From: an uncultured Gammaproteobacteria bacterium
GTDB taxonomy: Bacteria; Patescibacteriota; Patescibacteriia; Patescibacteriales; UBA12465
Assembly (NCBI GenBank): GCA_964540285.1
Contig: CAZILW010000001.1
Location: forward strand, 63,703 to 127,702
DNA: 64,000 bases
Reading direction: 5' to 3'
A model generated the notes under the pieces. It was given only the letters and a program-made list of their open reading frames with translations, did not search any database and was not told the origin of the DNA. This document shows, in pieces, positions 1 to 6,951 of the stretch. The translations under genes were made by a program, and so were the position numbers. The stretch's first letter is position 1; every line of letters starts with the position of its first letter.

Positions 1-120
1 ATCAACAAAGACTAGTCTTATAGCCTGCTTTAGCCTAAAACTTGCCTGTCCAATTAAAACTTGTTGTAATTTTTCAATAGTCATAATAAGCACATTCTAT
101 CATTTTAAATAAAATAACAC

Positions 121-152
121 AATAAAAAACAAAACAGCCCCTTTCGGGGCTG
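121..152 (-). terminator. Rho-independent terminator downstream of RRM gene
   Basis: GC hairpin cagcccc/ggggctg with tttc loop (135-152). On the minus strand it is followed by a U-rich tract (rc of aataaaaaacaaaa), immediately 3' of the CDS ending at 169. Confidence 0.6.
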
Positions 153-168
153 TTTCTATGGCTTAAAA

Positions 169-465
169 CTAGTTTCTATATCCACCTCTTCCTCCACCAA
201 AACCACCACTAGGGCGATCTTCTTTTGGTCTGGCAATATTAACAACAATGTTTCTTCCACCTAAATCAGTTCCGTTCAAAGTATCAACAGCCTTTTGAGC
301 TTCTTCCTCAGAAGACATCTCAACAAAACCAAATCCCTTTGACCTACCAGTCATTTTATCAATGATAATAGCAACTGACTCAACTGTACCAACTTGAGAA
401 AAAAAATCTTTCAATTCTTCTTCTTTAGTGGCGAAAGGTAAACTACCTACAAATAATTTTTTCAT
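169..465 (-). CDS. RNA-binding protein, RRM domain with Gly-rich C-terminus
   Basis: RNP motifs KLFVGSL (RNP2) and KGFGFVEM (RNP1); RGG/GGF tail. Likely true start is MKKLFVG inside the 169..483 ORF. Confidence 0.8.
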   Translation of the reverse strand: MKKLFVGSLPFATKEEELKDFFSQVGTVESVAIIIDKMTGRSKGFGFVEMSSEEEAQKAVDTLNGTDLGGRNIVVNIARPKEDRPSGGFGGGRGGYRN

Positions 466-635
466 AACAATATTCTTATACAAATAAATTAATAAACAAG
501 CCGACCTTTTTTAAATTATCTCTAACTCTCACGAACATTTTATTTGTGCAAGAATATTAGAAAAGCCTTGTTTAGCATATTTAAATATTACACTAAAAAA
601 ATAAAAATAGCAAGAGATTAAAAAAAACAGATCAA

Positions 636-2159
636 TTAATTTATTTTTAATAAATTATCCAAATACTCTCTACTATTAGACAAGCGAGGAACCTTGTTTT
701 GTCCACCCAACTTGTTCTTACTTTTCAACCAATCATAAAATAAATTTTTTCTAGCAATATTTATTTTTGGTAAAGACAAAACCATATCTCTATATCTTTT
801 AGCTTCGTAATCAGAATTTAAAGTCTTTAAAGCATCATCTAAATCCCTTGTAAATTTTCCTAAATTTTCTGGCTCTTTTTCAAACTCAATTAACCATTCA
901 TGTCCACCTTTATTTTTACTATCTATAAATATCGGACAGACTGTATAATCATTAATACTGGCTTGATTTTTCTCCAAAGCAATTTCTAGTGCCTTATCAG
1001 TATTGCCAACCATTAACTCTTCTCCAAAAACATTTATAAAATGCTTAGTTCTGCCAGCTATTTTTACTCTCAAAGGCTTGAGACATGTAATTTCTAATGT
1101 GTCGCCTATTAAATAGCGCCAAAGACCTCCATTTGTAGAAATTGCTAAGGCATAAGTTTTACCTAACTCCAAATCTCCAACCATTAAAGTTTCGGGGTGT
1201 TTTTTATCTAATTCTGATAAAGGAATAAACTCATAAAAAACACCAATATCAAGCATTAAAAGCATATCATCTCGCTTCAAGTCGTCATTAAAGGCAAAAA
1301 AACCTTCTGAAGCATTATAAATTTCCAAATAATTCATTCTATCTCCTGGAATAATCTCTTTAAATTGTTGACGATATGGAATAAAGCTGACACCACCATG
1401 CATAAATAGCTCTAAATTAGGCCAAACATCAAAAATATCTTTTTTTTGAGAAATTTCCAAAACCTTTTTTAAAAGCAAAAGAGTCCAAGAAGGAACCCCG
1501 GCCAAGGCCACGATATTTTCATTTATTGTTTCTTTGGCCATTTCTTCTAATTTTTTTTCCCAGTCACTCATCAGGGCTACTGATATTTTTGGAGATCTAA
1601 AAGGACTAGCCCAAAAAGGAAGGTTGTTCATTAAAATAGCCGACAAATCACCACAGCTAACATTTTCAAAATTAGAATCAAAAGAGCCTCCAATAGAAAT
1701 TGTTTTTCCTAAAAAGATATTAGTCTCTGGTTTAATTTTAAAATAACAAGCTAAAACATCCTCACCCCCTCTATAATGGCAATCATTTAAAGACTCGTTT
1801 GATATTGGGATTATTTTACTCTTAGAACCAGTGGTGCCTGATGATTTTGCTAAATAATTTATTTTACCTGGCCATAAAACATTTTCCTCCAGAGAACAAA
1901 TTCTATCTATTTCTGGCCTTAAATCATCATAAGAAGAAACGGGAACAATCTTTTTAAAAAAACAAAAAGCATCTTCAGCTGTTTTGCTTTCAATTATTTT
2001 TTTATAATTATATTTTTCTCCCCAAAAAGTTTTTTGAGATCTATTTAGTAAATCAAAAAAAACCTCCAGTTGGGTTTCAACTGGATTGTTTTTAAAAAAC
2101 CTTATCTGACGATAGCGAGAAGCAAATTTTAATTTAATAAAAAAATTAAGTGGAAACAT
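636..2159 (-). CDS. GH3 auxin-responsive-promoter family protein (ANL-type acyl-adenylating enzyme)
   Basis: 507 aa. N-terminal region with KSSGTTGSKSKIIP adenylation-type P-loop-like motif and overall GH3-like length and architecture, as in bacterial GH3 homologues. Confidence 0.55.
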   Translation of the reverse strand: MFPLNFFIKLKFASRYRQIRFFKNNPVETQLEVFFDLLNRSQKTFWGEKYNYKKIIESKTAEDAFCFFKKIVPVSSYDDLRPEIDRICSLEENVLWPGKINYLAKSSGTTGSKSKIIPISNESLNDCHYRGGEDVLACYFKIKPETNIFLGKTISIGGSFDSNFENVSCGDLSAILMNNLPFWASPFRSPKISVALMSDWEKKLEEMAKETINENIVALAGVPSWTLLLLKKVLEISQKKDIFDVWPNLELFMHGGVSFIPYRQQFKEIIPGDRMNYLEIYNASEGFFAFNDDLKRDDMLLMLDIGVFYEFIPLSELDKKHPETLMVGDLELGKTYALAISTNGGLWRYLIGDTLEITCLKPLRVKIAGRTKHFINVFGEELMVGNTDKALEIALEKNQASINDYTVCPIFIDSKNKGGHEWLIEFEKEPENLGKFTRDLDDALKTLNSDYEAKRYRDMVLSLPKINIARKNLFYDWLKSKNKLGGQNKVPRLSNSREYLDNLLKIN

Positions 2160-2214
2160 TTATTTAAACAAAACAAAAAAAGATAAATAAATAATTTAAA
2201 TCTAAAAAAATTAA

Positions 2215-2445
2215 TTATTTTTTAGTCCTGCCCAAAAAGCAACAAAATGGTCTTCTAACTGCCAAATAAACTGTAGATAAACCAACTAAACCATAAACAA
2301 ATCTAGAAAGGCAATTTAAACCATCGAAGTCAAAACAAAGAAACCCAACTAAGTTAAAGTTAAAGAATCCAACCAAACCCCAGTTTAAACCACCAACTAA
2401 AACAAGAATAATGGTTAAACAATCTAAATAATTTAGACTTTTCAT
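2215..2445 (-). CDS. DUF378-family small membrane protein
   Basis: 76 aa, two TM segments; GGLNWGLVGFFNFNLV motif characteristic of DUF378/YuzA-like proteins. Confidence 0.6.
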   Translation of the reverse strand: MKSLNYLDCLTIILVLVGGLNWGLVGFFNFNLVGFLCFDFDGLNCLSRFVYGLVGLSTVYLAVRRPFCCFLGRTKK

Positions 2446-2516
2446 AGTTTTAAAATTTTAATTATGTTTCGAGCTAATATTTTTTATTTTAACATTTTTT
2501 TAAATAAAACCAAATA

Positions 2517-2545
2517 TTGACAATATGTTAAAAATATGATATAAT
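2517..2545 (+). promoter_or_regulatory. Sigma70-like promoter (TTGACA-17-TATAAT)
   Basis: TTGACA at 2517-2522, 17-nt spacer, TATAAT at 2540-2545, about 27 nt upstream of the ATG at 2573. Confidence 0.55.
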
Positions 2546-2572
2546 TAAAAGACGTACCTAAAAAAATAAAAA

Positions 2573-2797
2573 ATGGAAATAAACGTAAAGTTTAAGAACC
2601 AAACTTATGTGGCTCAAATGACAATAGCCGATTTTGAGCATAAAAAAAAATATTTTCCTTCAAGGTTAGTCAGTGTTAAAGGCTTTGGCGGAATAGAAAT
2701 GAAGATACCAATTGGATTTCTAGTTTTTGAATCAGAAAACAATAGTGGTTCTTCAGCTTATTGCCAAAGAGGTTTTTTAGAAGAGGACACAAAATAG
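2573..2797 (+). CDS. Hypothetical small protein (74 aa)
   Basis: ORF with a consensus promoter upstream and an intrinsic terminator overlapping its stop; no recognisable domain. Confidence 0.45.
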   Translation: MEINVKFKNQTYVAQMTIADFEHKKKYFPSRLVSVKGFGGIEMKIPIGFLVFESENNSGSSAYCQRGFLEEDTK

Positions 2798-2812
2798 TGT
2801 CCTCTTATTTTT
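2782..2812 (+). terminator. Rho-independent terminator
   Basis: 9-bp stem agaggacac/gtgtcctct, 6-nt loop, followed by tatttttttattt on the plus strand. Confidence 0.65.
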
Positions 2813-4582
2813 TTATTTCCTCTCTTTAATTTCCTTTGAAATCATTTCGAAAAAATCATCAGATGAGAAAATTTCAGTATCATTTCCCCCTCTCTTTCTA
2901 ACTGCAAAAATATTTTCCTCCATTTCTTTATCTCCAATAACCAAAACATAAGGAACTTTTTCAATAGTAGCTTTCCTGATTTTATTTCCCATGGTCTCAT
3001 TGTTAATATCCAGCTCAACTCTAATTCCCCTTTTCATAAATTCTTCTCTTGTTTTTTGACAATGATCTATATGCTTTTCTCCAACCGATAGAATCTTCAC
3101 CTGAACTGGAGATAGCCATACAGGAAAAGCTCCGGCAAAGTGCTCAATAAGCAAAGCTAAAAACCTTTCATAAGAACCAAGTATAGCTCTATGAACCATA
3201 ACTGGTGGTTTATCCTGACCATCTTTATCAGTATAACTTAAATTAAATCTTTTTGGTGTAGCAAAGTCAACCTGAACAGTTGGAATTTGGATTTCTTTAC
3301 CAATAGAATCTCTAAACATAAAGTCTAACTTTGGACCATATAAAGCTGCCTCTCCTTCTTGTCTTTTGGCTTTTAAATCCATCTCATCAGAAACCTCTTG
3401 GAGCATAGCCTCACAAACATCCCAATCTTCACTATCACCAATATATTTATCTGGATTAGCATAATCCCTCACTGACAAAGAAACCCAATGATTATCCCAC
3501 AGACCCAGCGCACAATAAAACTCCTTAATAATACTCACCATTCTTTTTATTTCATCTTTTACCTGGTCAATTGTGCAAAAAGTATGCCCATCTTCAACAG
3601 TAATGGCATAAACACGAGAAAGTCCTCCTACTTCGCCAGTTTTTTCTGCTCTATATTGCTTTTCTGATTCCATATATCTAATTGGCAAATCTCTATAAGA
3701 GCGAGTGCGAGAAGCATAAATTTGTGTTTGATGAGGACATTGAACTGGCTTCATAACCATTTGGTGCCCCTTAGCAGAAGAAACATGAAATAATTCATCG
3801 CTAAATTTTTTGGCATGACCAGAAAGCTCATATAAATCAATTTTAGCTAAATGAGGAGTCATGACCTTTTGAAAGCCATAAGAGCGACAAACAGACTCTA
3901 TATGATGACGAAGTTCATCAATAATAATCATGCCCTTAGGAGTAAACAAAGGAAGTCCTGGACCAACTAAATCAGAAAAGCAAAACAAATCTAATTCTTG
4001 TCCTAGTTTTCTATGGTCTCTCTTCTTGGCTTCTTCTACCATTTTTACATAATTATCTAACTCTTCTTTGGTGGAAAAAGATAGGCCGTAAATTCTAGTT
4101 AACATTTTATTTTTTTCATCACCACGCCAATAAGCACCAGCTAGCTTATCAAGTTTAAAAGATCCTAACTGAATTTTCCCGCTTGATTCAATGTGAGGGC
4201 CACGACATAAATCAATAAAATCTCCTAACTGATAAAAACTAACAATCTCCTCCCCTTCTGATTTTAGCTCTTTTAAAATATCGACCTTATAAACATCATC
4301 ACTTTTTTCAAATTTTGAAATAGCTTCGTCAATGTTCATTTCTGATCTAGTAAATTTCAAATTTTGCTTCACGATATGTTTCATTTTTTTTTCAATTTCA
4401 ACTAAATCACTATCTCCTATTTTTTGATCAAAAAAATCAATATCATAATAAAAGCCATTATCAATATCTGGTCCAATAGCAAATTTAGCCTGAGGATAAA
4501 TTTGCATTACGGCCAATGCCATAATGTGAGCCAAGGAGTGTCTTTGCATTTCTAGCTCACTTTTTTCATTTTTGTTTTCCAT
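2813..4582 (-). CDS. thrS: Threonyl-tRNA synthetase (lacks N-terminal TGS domain)
   Basis: 589 aa. Editing-domain HSLAHIMA..GFYYD motif, class II catalytic core and C-terminal anticodon-binding domain. Confidence 0.9.
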   Translation of the reverse strand: MENKNEKSELEMQRHSLAHIMALAVMQIYPQAKFAIGPDIDNGFYYDIDFFDQKIGDSDLVEIEKKMKHIVKQNLKFTRSEMNIDEAISKFEKSDDVYKVDILKELKSEGEEIVSFYQLGDFIDLCRGPHIESSGKIQLGSFKLDKLAGAYWRGDEKNKMLTRIYGLSFSTKEELDNYVKMVEEAKKRDHRKLGQELDLFCFSDLVGPGLPLFTPKGMIIIDELRHHIESVCRSYGFQKVMTPHLAKIDLYELSGHAKKFSDELFHVSSAKGHQMVMKPVQCPHQTQIYASRTRSYRDLPIRYMESEKQYRAEKTGEVGGLSRVYAITVEDGHTFCTIDQVKDEIKRMVSIIKEFYCALGLWDNHWVSLSVRDYANPDKYIGDSEDWDVCEAMLQEVSDEMDLKAKRQEGEAALYGPKLDFMFRDSIGKEIQIPTVQVDFATPKRFNLSYTDKDGQDKPPVMVHRAILGSYERFLALLIEHFAGAFPVWLSPVQVKILSVGEKHIDHCQKTREEFMKRGIRVELDINNETMGNKIRKATIEKVPYVLVIGDKEMEENIFAVRKRGGNDTEIFSSDDFFEMISKEIKERK

Positions 4583-4603
4583 ATAATTTTAATTAAATTA
4601 ATA

Positions 4604-4795
4604 AATAAAAAAATCTCGCTCTAATAAATACACAAAATGTACGTACTAGAACGAGATTTCTCCCGCGGTTCCATCTAGTTTCCTCAAAAGAGGCCACTTA
4701 ATTTTTATCAAACAAAACTTAGTTTTTACTGGTGTAAAAATTGCCCAAAGACAACTATGGTTGGTAGCCACAGCAATCGTTTTGATTGATAAGTT
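4604..4795 (-). ncRNA. Candidate T-box riboswitch leader of thrS
   Basis: Minus-strand leader contains AACUAGAUGGAACCGCGGG (plus coordinates 4662-4682), matching the T-box core AGGGUGGNACCGCG including the UGGA bulge and ACCGCG. Its 3' half overlaps a terminator hairpin AAAUCUCGUUCUA/UAGAGCGAGAUUU followed by U7, ending about 20 nt before the thrS ATG. ACCA candidate specifier sites (Thr codon ACC) lie upstream. Confidence 0.5.
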
Positions 4796-4858
4796 TATTA
4801 TATAATAATCTTATAAGAAAAGCAAATAAGCCAAATTAAAAAAGTAATTTCAATAAAA

Positions 4859-5635
4859 CTAATTAATTTCAAAAAAATTCAAAGCAATAGTAGTGTTAAT
4901 ATTAATATTGCTAATTAAATAAGACATTAAGTTACCATTGACTTGAGGAACAACCTCTTCGGAGTTAACATACAAAGTTCCCACTACGCCAAAAGGATAA
5001 GTATTATACTGTATTTCAACAATAATATTTGACCCTTCTAAAACCTCAACACCTCCAAATTCATTAACATCAGTTATTGTACCAACCACAAAACCATCAT
5101 CTATAATTCTAATAAAATCAAAAGTGGTATACCCTGCGCCACTATAATTTATACCAAAACTAACAAAAACACTCCCCGCCCCACCAGTGTTTCCACTACT
5201 ACCTATTATTATTCCCCCTGGGGTCATTTGTTTAGCTCCTTGGGGTAAATCTGAGACTTGTTTGCCGGTACAGAAATCTATGGTATAGCTGGCACCATTG
5301 TTTTGAGGAGTGTAGATATAGGTATTAGATGCAGATTGACAGTTTCCATCAGCTGGAGTAGGAGAGGAAGGAATATTGTACATAAATACATTATTGCTAG
5401 ATTCAGACTCTATGATACCACTATTCCATTCTTCTTCTGTAGGATATCTTCCATTTTCATTGAAGAATAGTTCTAGGGCAGTTTGTACTTGTTTCATATC
5501 GGCCATTCTTTTACTATCTCTAGCATTTTGTCTGGCTTGTTGTAGGGCTACTACAGCAAGGGTTGCTAATATACCAATAATAGCTATTACTACTAGGAGT
5601 TCGATGAGGGTAAACCCTCGTTTTTGTTTGAACAT
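4859..5635 (-). CDS. Type IV pilin-like protein (prepilin N-terminal cleavage/methylation domain) with Gly/Ser/Thr-rich C-terminal domain
   Basis: N-terminus [20 protein letters not shown] is the class III signal and N-methylation motif. The first 70 aa are about 80% identical to the N-termini of the two FISUMP-pilin genes. Confidence 0.85.
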   Translation of the reverse strand: MFKQKRGFTLIELLVVIAIIGILATLAVVALQQARQNARDSKRMADMKQVQTALELFFNENGRYPTEEEWNSGIIESESSNNVFMYNIPSSPTPADGNCQSASNTYIYTPQNNGASYTIDFCTGKQVSDLPQGAKQMTPGGIIIGSSGNTGGAGSVFVSFGINYSGAGYTTFDFIRIIDDGFVVGTITDVNEFGGVEVLEGSNIIVEIQYNTYPFGVVGTLYVNSEEVVPQVNGNLMSYLISNININTTIALNFFEIN

Positions 5636-5650
5636 ATTTTTAATAGTCTA

Positions 5651-5740
5651 ATCGCGTGGATACGGAACCCCGTGCCAGAACCCCGTGTCGCATAGCGACT
5701 ATACGGGGAAGACTATACGGGACGAATGTCTTTACGCGAC
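5651..5740. ncRNA. Candidate structured RNA element (GC-rich cloverleaf-like fold)
   Basis: GC-rich island in an AT-rich spacer. The closing helix tcgcgtg(5652-5658)/tacgcga(5733-5739) encloses three hairpins: acgg-aacc-ccgt (5662-5673); ccccgt[gtcgc-ata-gcgac]tat-acgggg (5681-5708); aagac-14nt-gtctt (5709-5732). Strand undetermined. Confidence 0.4.
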
Positions 5741-5780
5741 ATAATTTTTGGTATTAATTATATTAATATTTTTTTAGGGT

Positions 5781-5868
5781 ATTTAGGATAGTTAGGATAC
5801 TTAAGATAATTAGGATAAAAAAATATCCTAACACTCCTAAATATCCTAATAGTCTTAATAATCCTAAA
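5781..5868. repeat. Palindromic array of TTAGGATA / TATCCTAA octamers
   Basis: Three forward copies (5783, 5793, 5810) and three to four inverted copies (5825, 5843, 5861) symmetric about an A7 centre. It lies just 3' of the SDR gene stop and about 150 bp upstream of the pilin start. Confidence 0.6.
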
Positions 5869-5870
5869 AA

Positions 5871-6899
5871 TTAAAATCCATTCAACCCTATCGTTCTCAT
5901 TTGTTTATTGGCTTGCAAATCAAGAATTGTTTTCTTTAGACCGTTTTCTAAAGTTACAACCGGCATCCAGCCAAAATCATTTCTCATTCTATAGGTATCT
6001 GGAATAAATAATTGAGACATAAAAAGTTTGCTTGGTTCAAAAACTATTTTAGATTTAGAATTAGTAAATTCAACAATCATTTTAGCTACATCGTAAAGCT
6101 TTGTGTCAATTTCACAGCCAACGTTATAGGGACCAGAAAAATCAGAGCGCATAACTTTAATAGCTGCGTCAATCATGTCATCTACATAACACAAAGATGA
6201 TGAAAAATTTTGATCTCCAAAAATAACTATATCATCCCCATTTAAAGCATTATTAACAAAGTCCGGTAGCATTTGATCATCTCGCAAGGCCATTCTCGGA
6301 CCGTAAGTTCTAAAAAGTCTTATAATTTTAGCATCTAGGCCAAAAAGCTCTCTATAAGTACTGACCATAGTTTCAGCAAATCTTTTACCCTCATCATAGC
6401 AAGCCCTAGCGCTTAGAAAGTCAACCATTCCAACATAATCCTCTTTAACTTTATTTTTATCAGAGCTATCTTGTCGCAAACCATAAACAACTGAAGATGA
6501 AAATTGAATAAATTTAGATTTATATTTCAAGGCAATATTTAAAGCATTTTTAACAACCAAAGAATTGGCCAAAACTATTTTTTCTTTGTTTTGATCAAAA
6601 TTTCTAGGAGACATTGGACAGGCTAAATTATAAATTTCTTGAATGCCCTGAAAAGAAATTTTAAATTTATTTAACTCAGGTCGAAGCTCTAAATCTAATT
6701 CTTCAGTCAAATCATGATTTATAAAAACAAAATCGGGATTAGACAAAAGATGTTCAATATTTTTAGCATTACTACTACAAAAATTATCAACACAAATAAC
6801 CTTATTATCCTTAATAAGCTCATCACACAAATTTGATCCAATAAAACCAGCACCACCCAATACTAATATATTTTTTTTATCAAAAATTACTGGAGACAT
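5871..6899 (-). CDS. NAD-dependent epimerase/dehydratase (UDP-glucuronate decarboxylase / UDP-sugar 4-epimerase family SDR)
   Basis: GGAGFIGSNL Rossmann motif near the N-terminus and extended-SDR architecture; 342 aa. Confidence 0.8.
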   Translation of the reverse strand: MSPVIFDKKNILVLGGAGFIGSNLCDELIKDNKVICVDNFCSSNAKNIEHLLSNPDFVFINHDLTEELDLELRPELNKFKISFQGIQEIYNLACPMSPRNFDQNKEKIVLANSLVVKNALNIALKYKSKFIQFSSSVVYGLRQDSSDKNKVKEDYVGMVDFLSARACYDEGKRFAETMVSTYRELFGLDAKIIRLFRTYGPRMALRDDQMLPDFVNNALNGDDIVIFGDQNFSSSLCYVDDMIDAAIKVMRSDFSGPYNVGCEIDTKLYDVAKMIVEFTNSKSKIVFEPSKLFMSQLFIPDTYRMRNDFGWMPVVTLENGLKKTILDLQANKQMRTIGLNGF

Positions 6900-6951
6900 A
6901 AAAAAATATTAATTATAAACAATATAATTATACAATTTTAAAAAAATAAAA

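Noticed and set aside
1-84. Partial minus-strand ORF at the window edge (MTIEKLQQVLIGQASFRLKQAIRLVFVD...)
   Set aside because: Only 28 codons are visible, which is too short to identify. It is not reported as a feature.
5651-5740. Possible tRNA gene (7-bp acceptor-like closing stem plus three hairpins)
   Set aside because: The D-arm-like hairpin has a 4-nt loop, the second arm carries a nested 16-nt insert instead of a 7-nt anticodon loop, and the T-arm-like hairpin has a 14-nt loop without TTC. It does not fit any canonical tRNA model, so it is kept only as an unclassified structured element.
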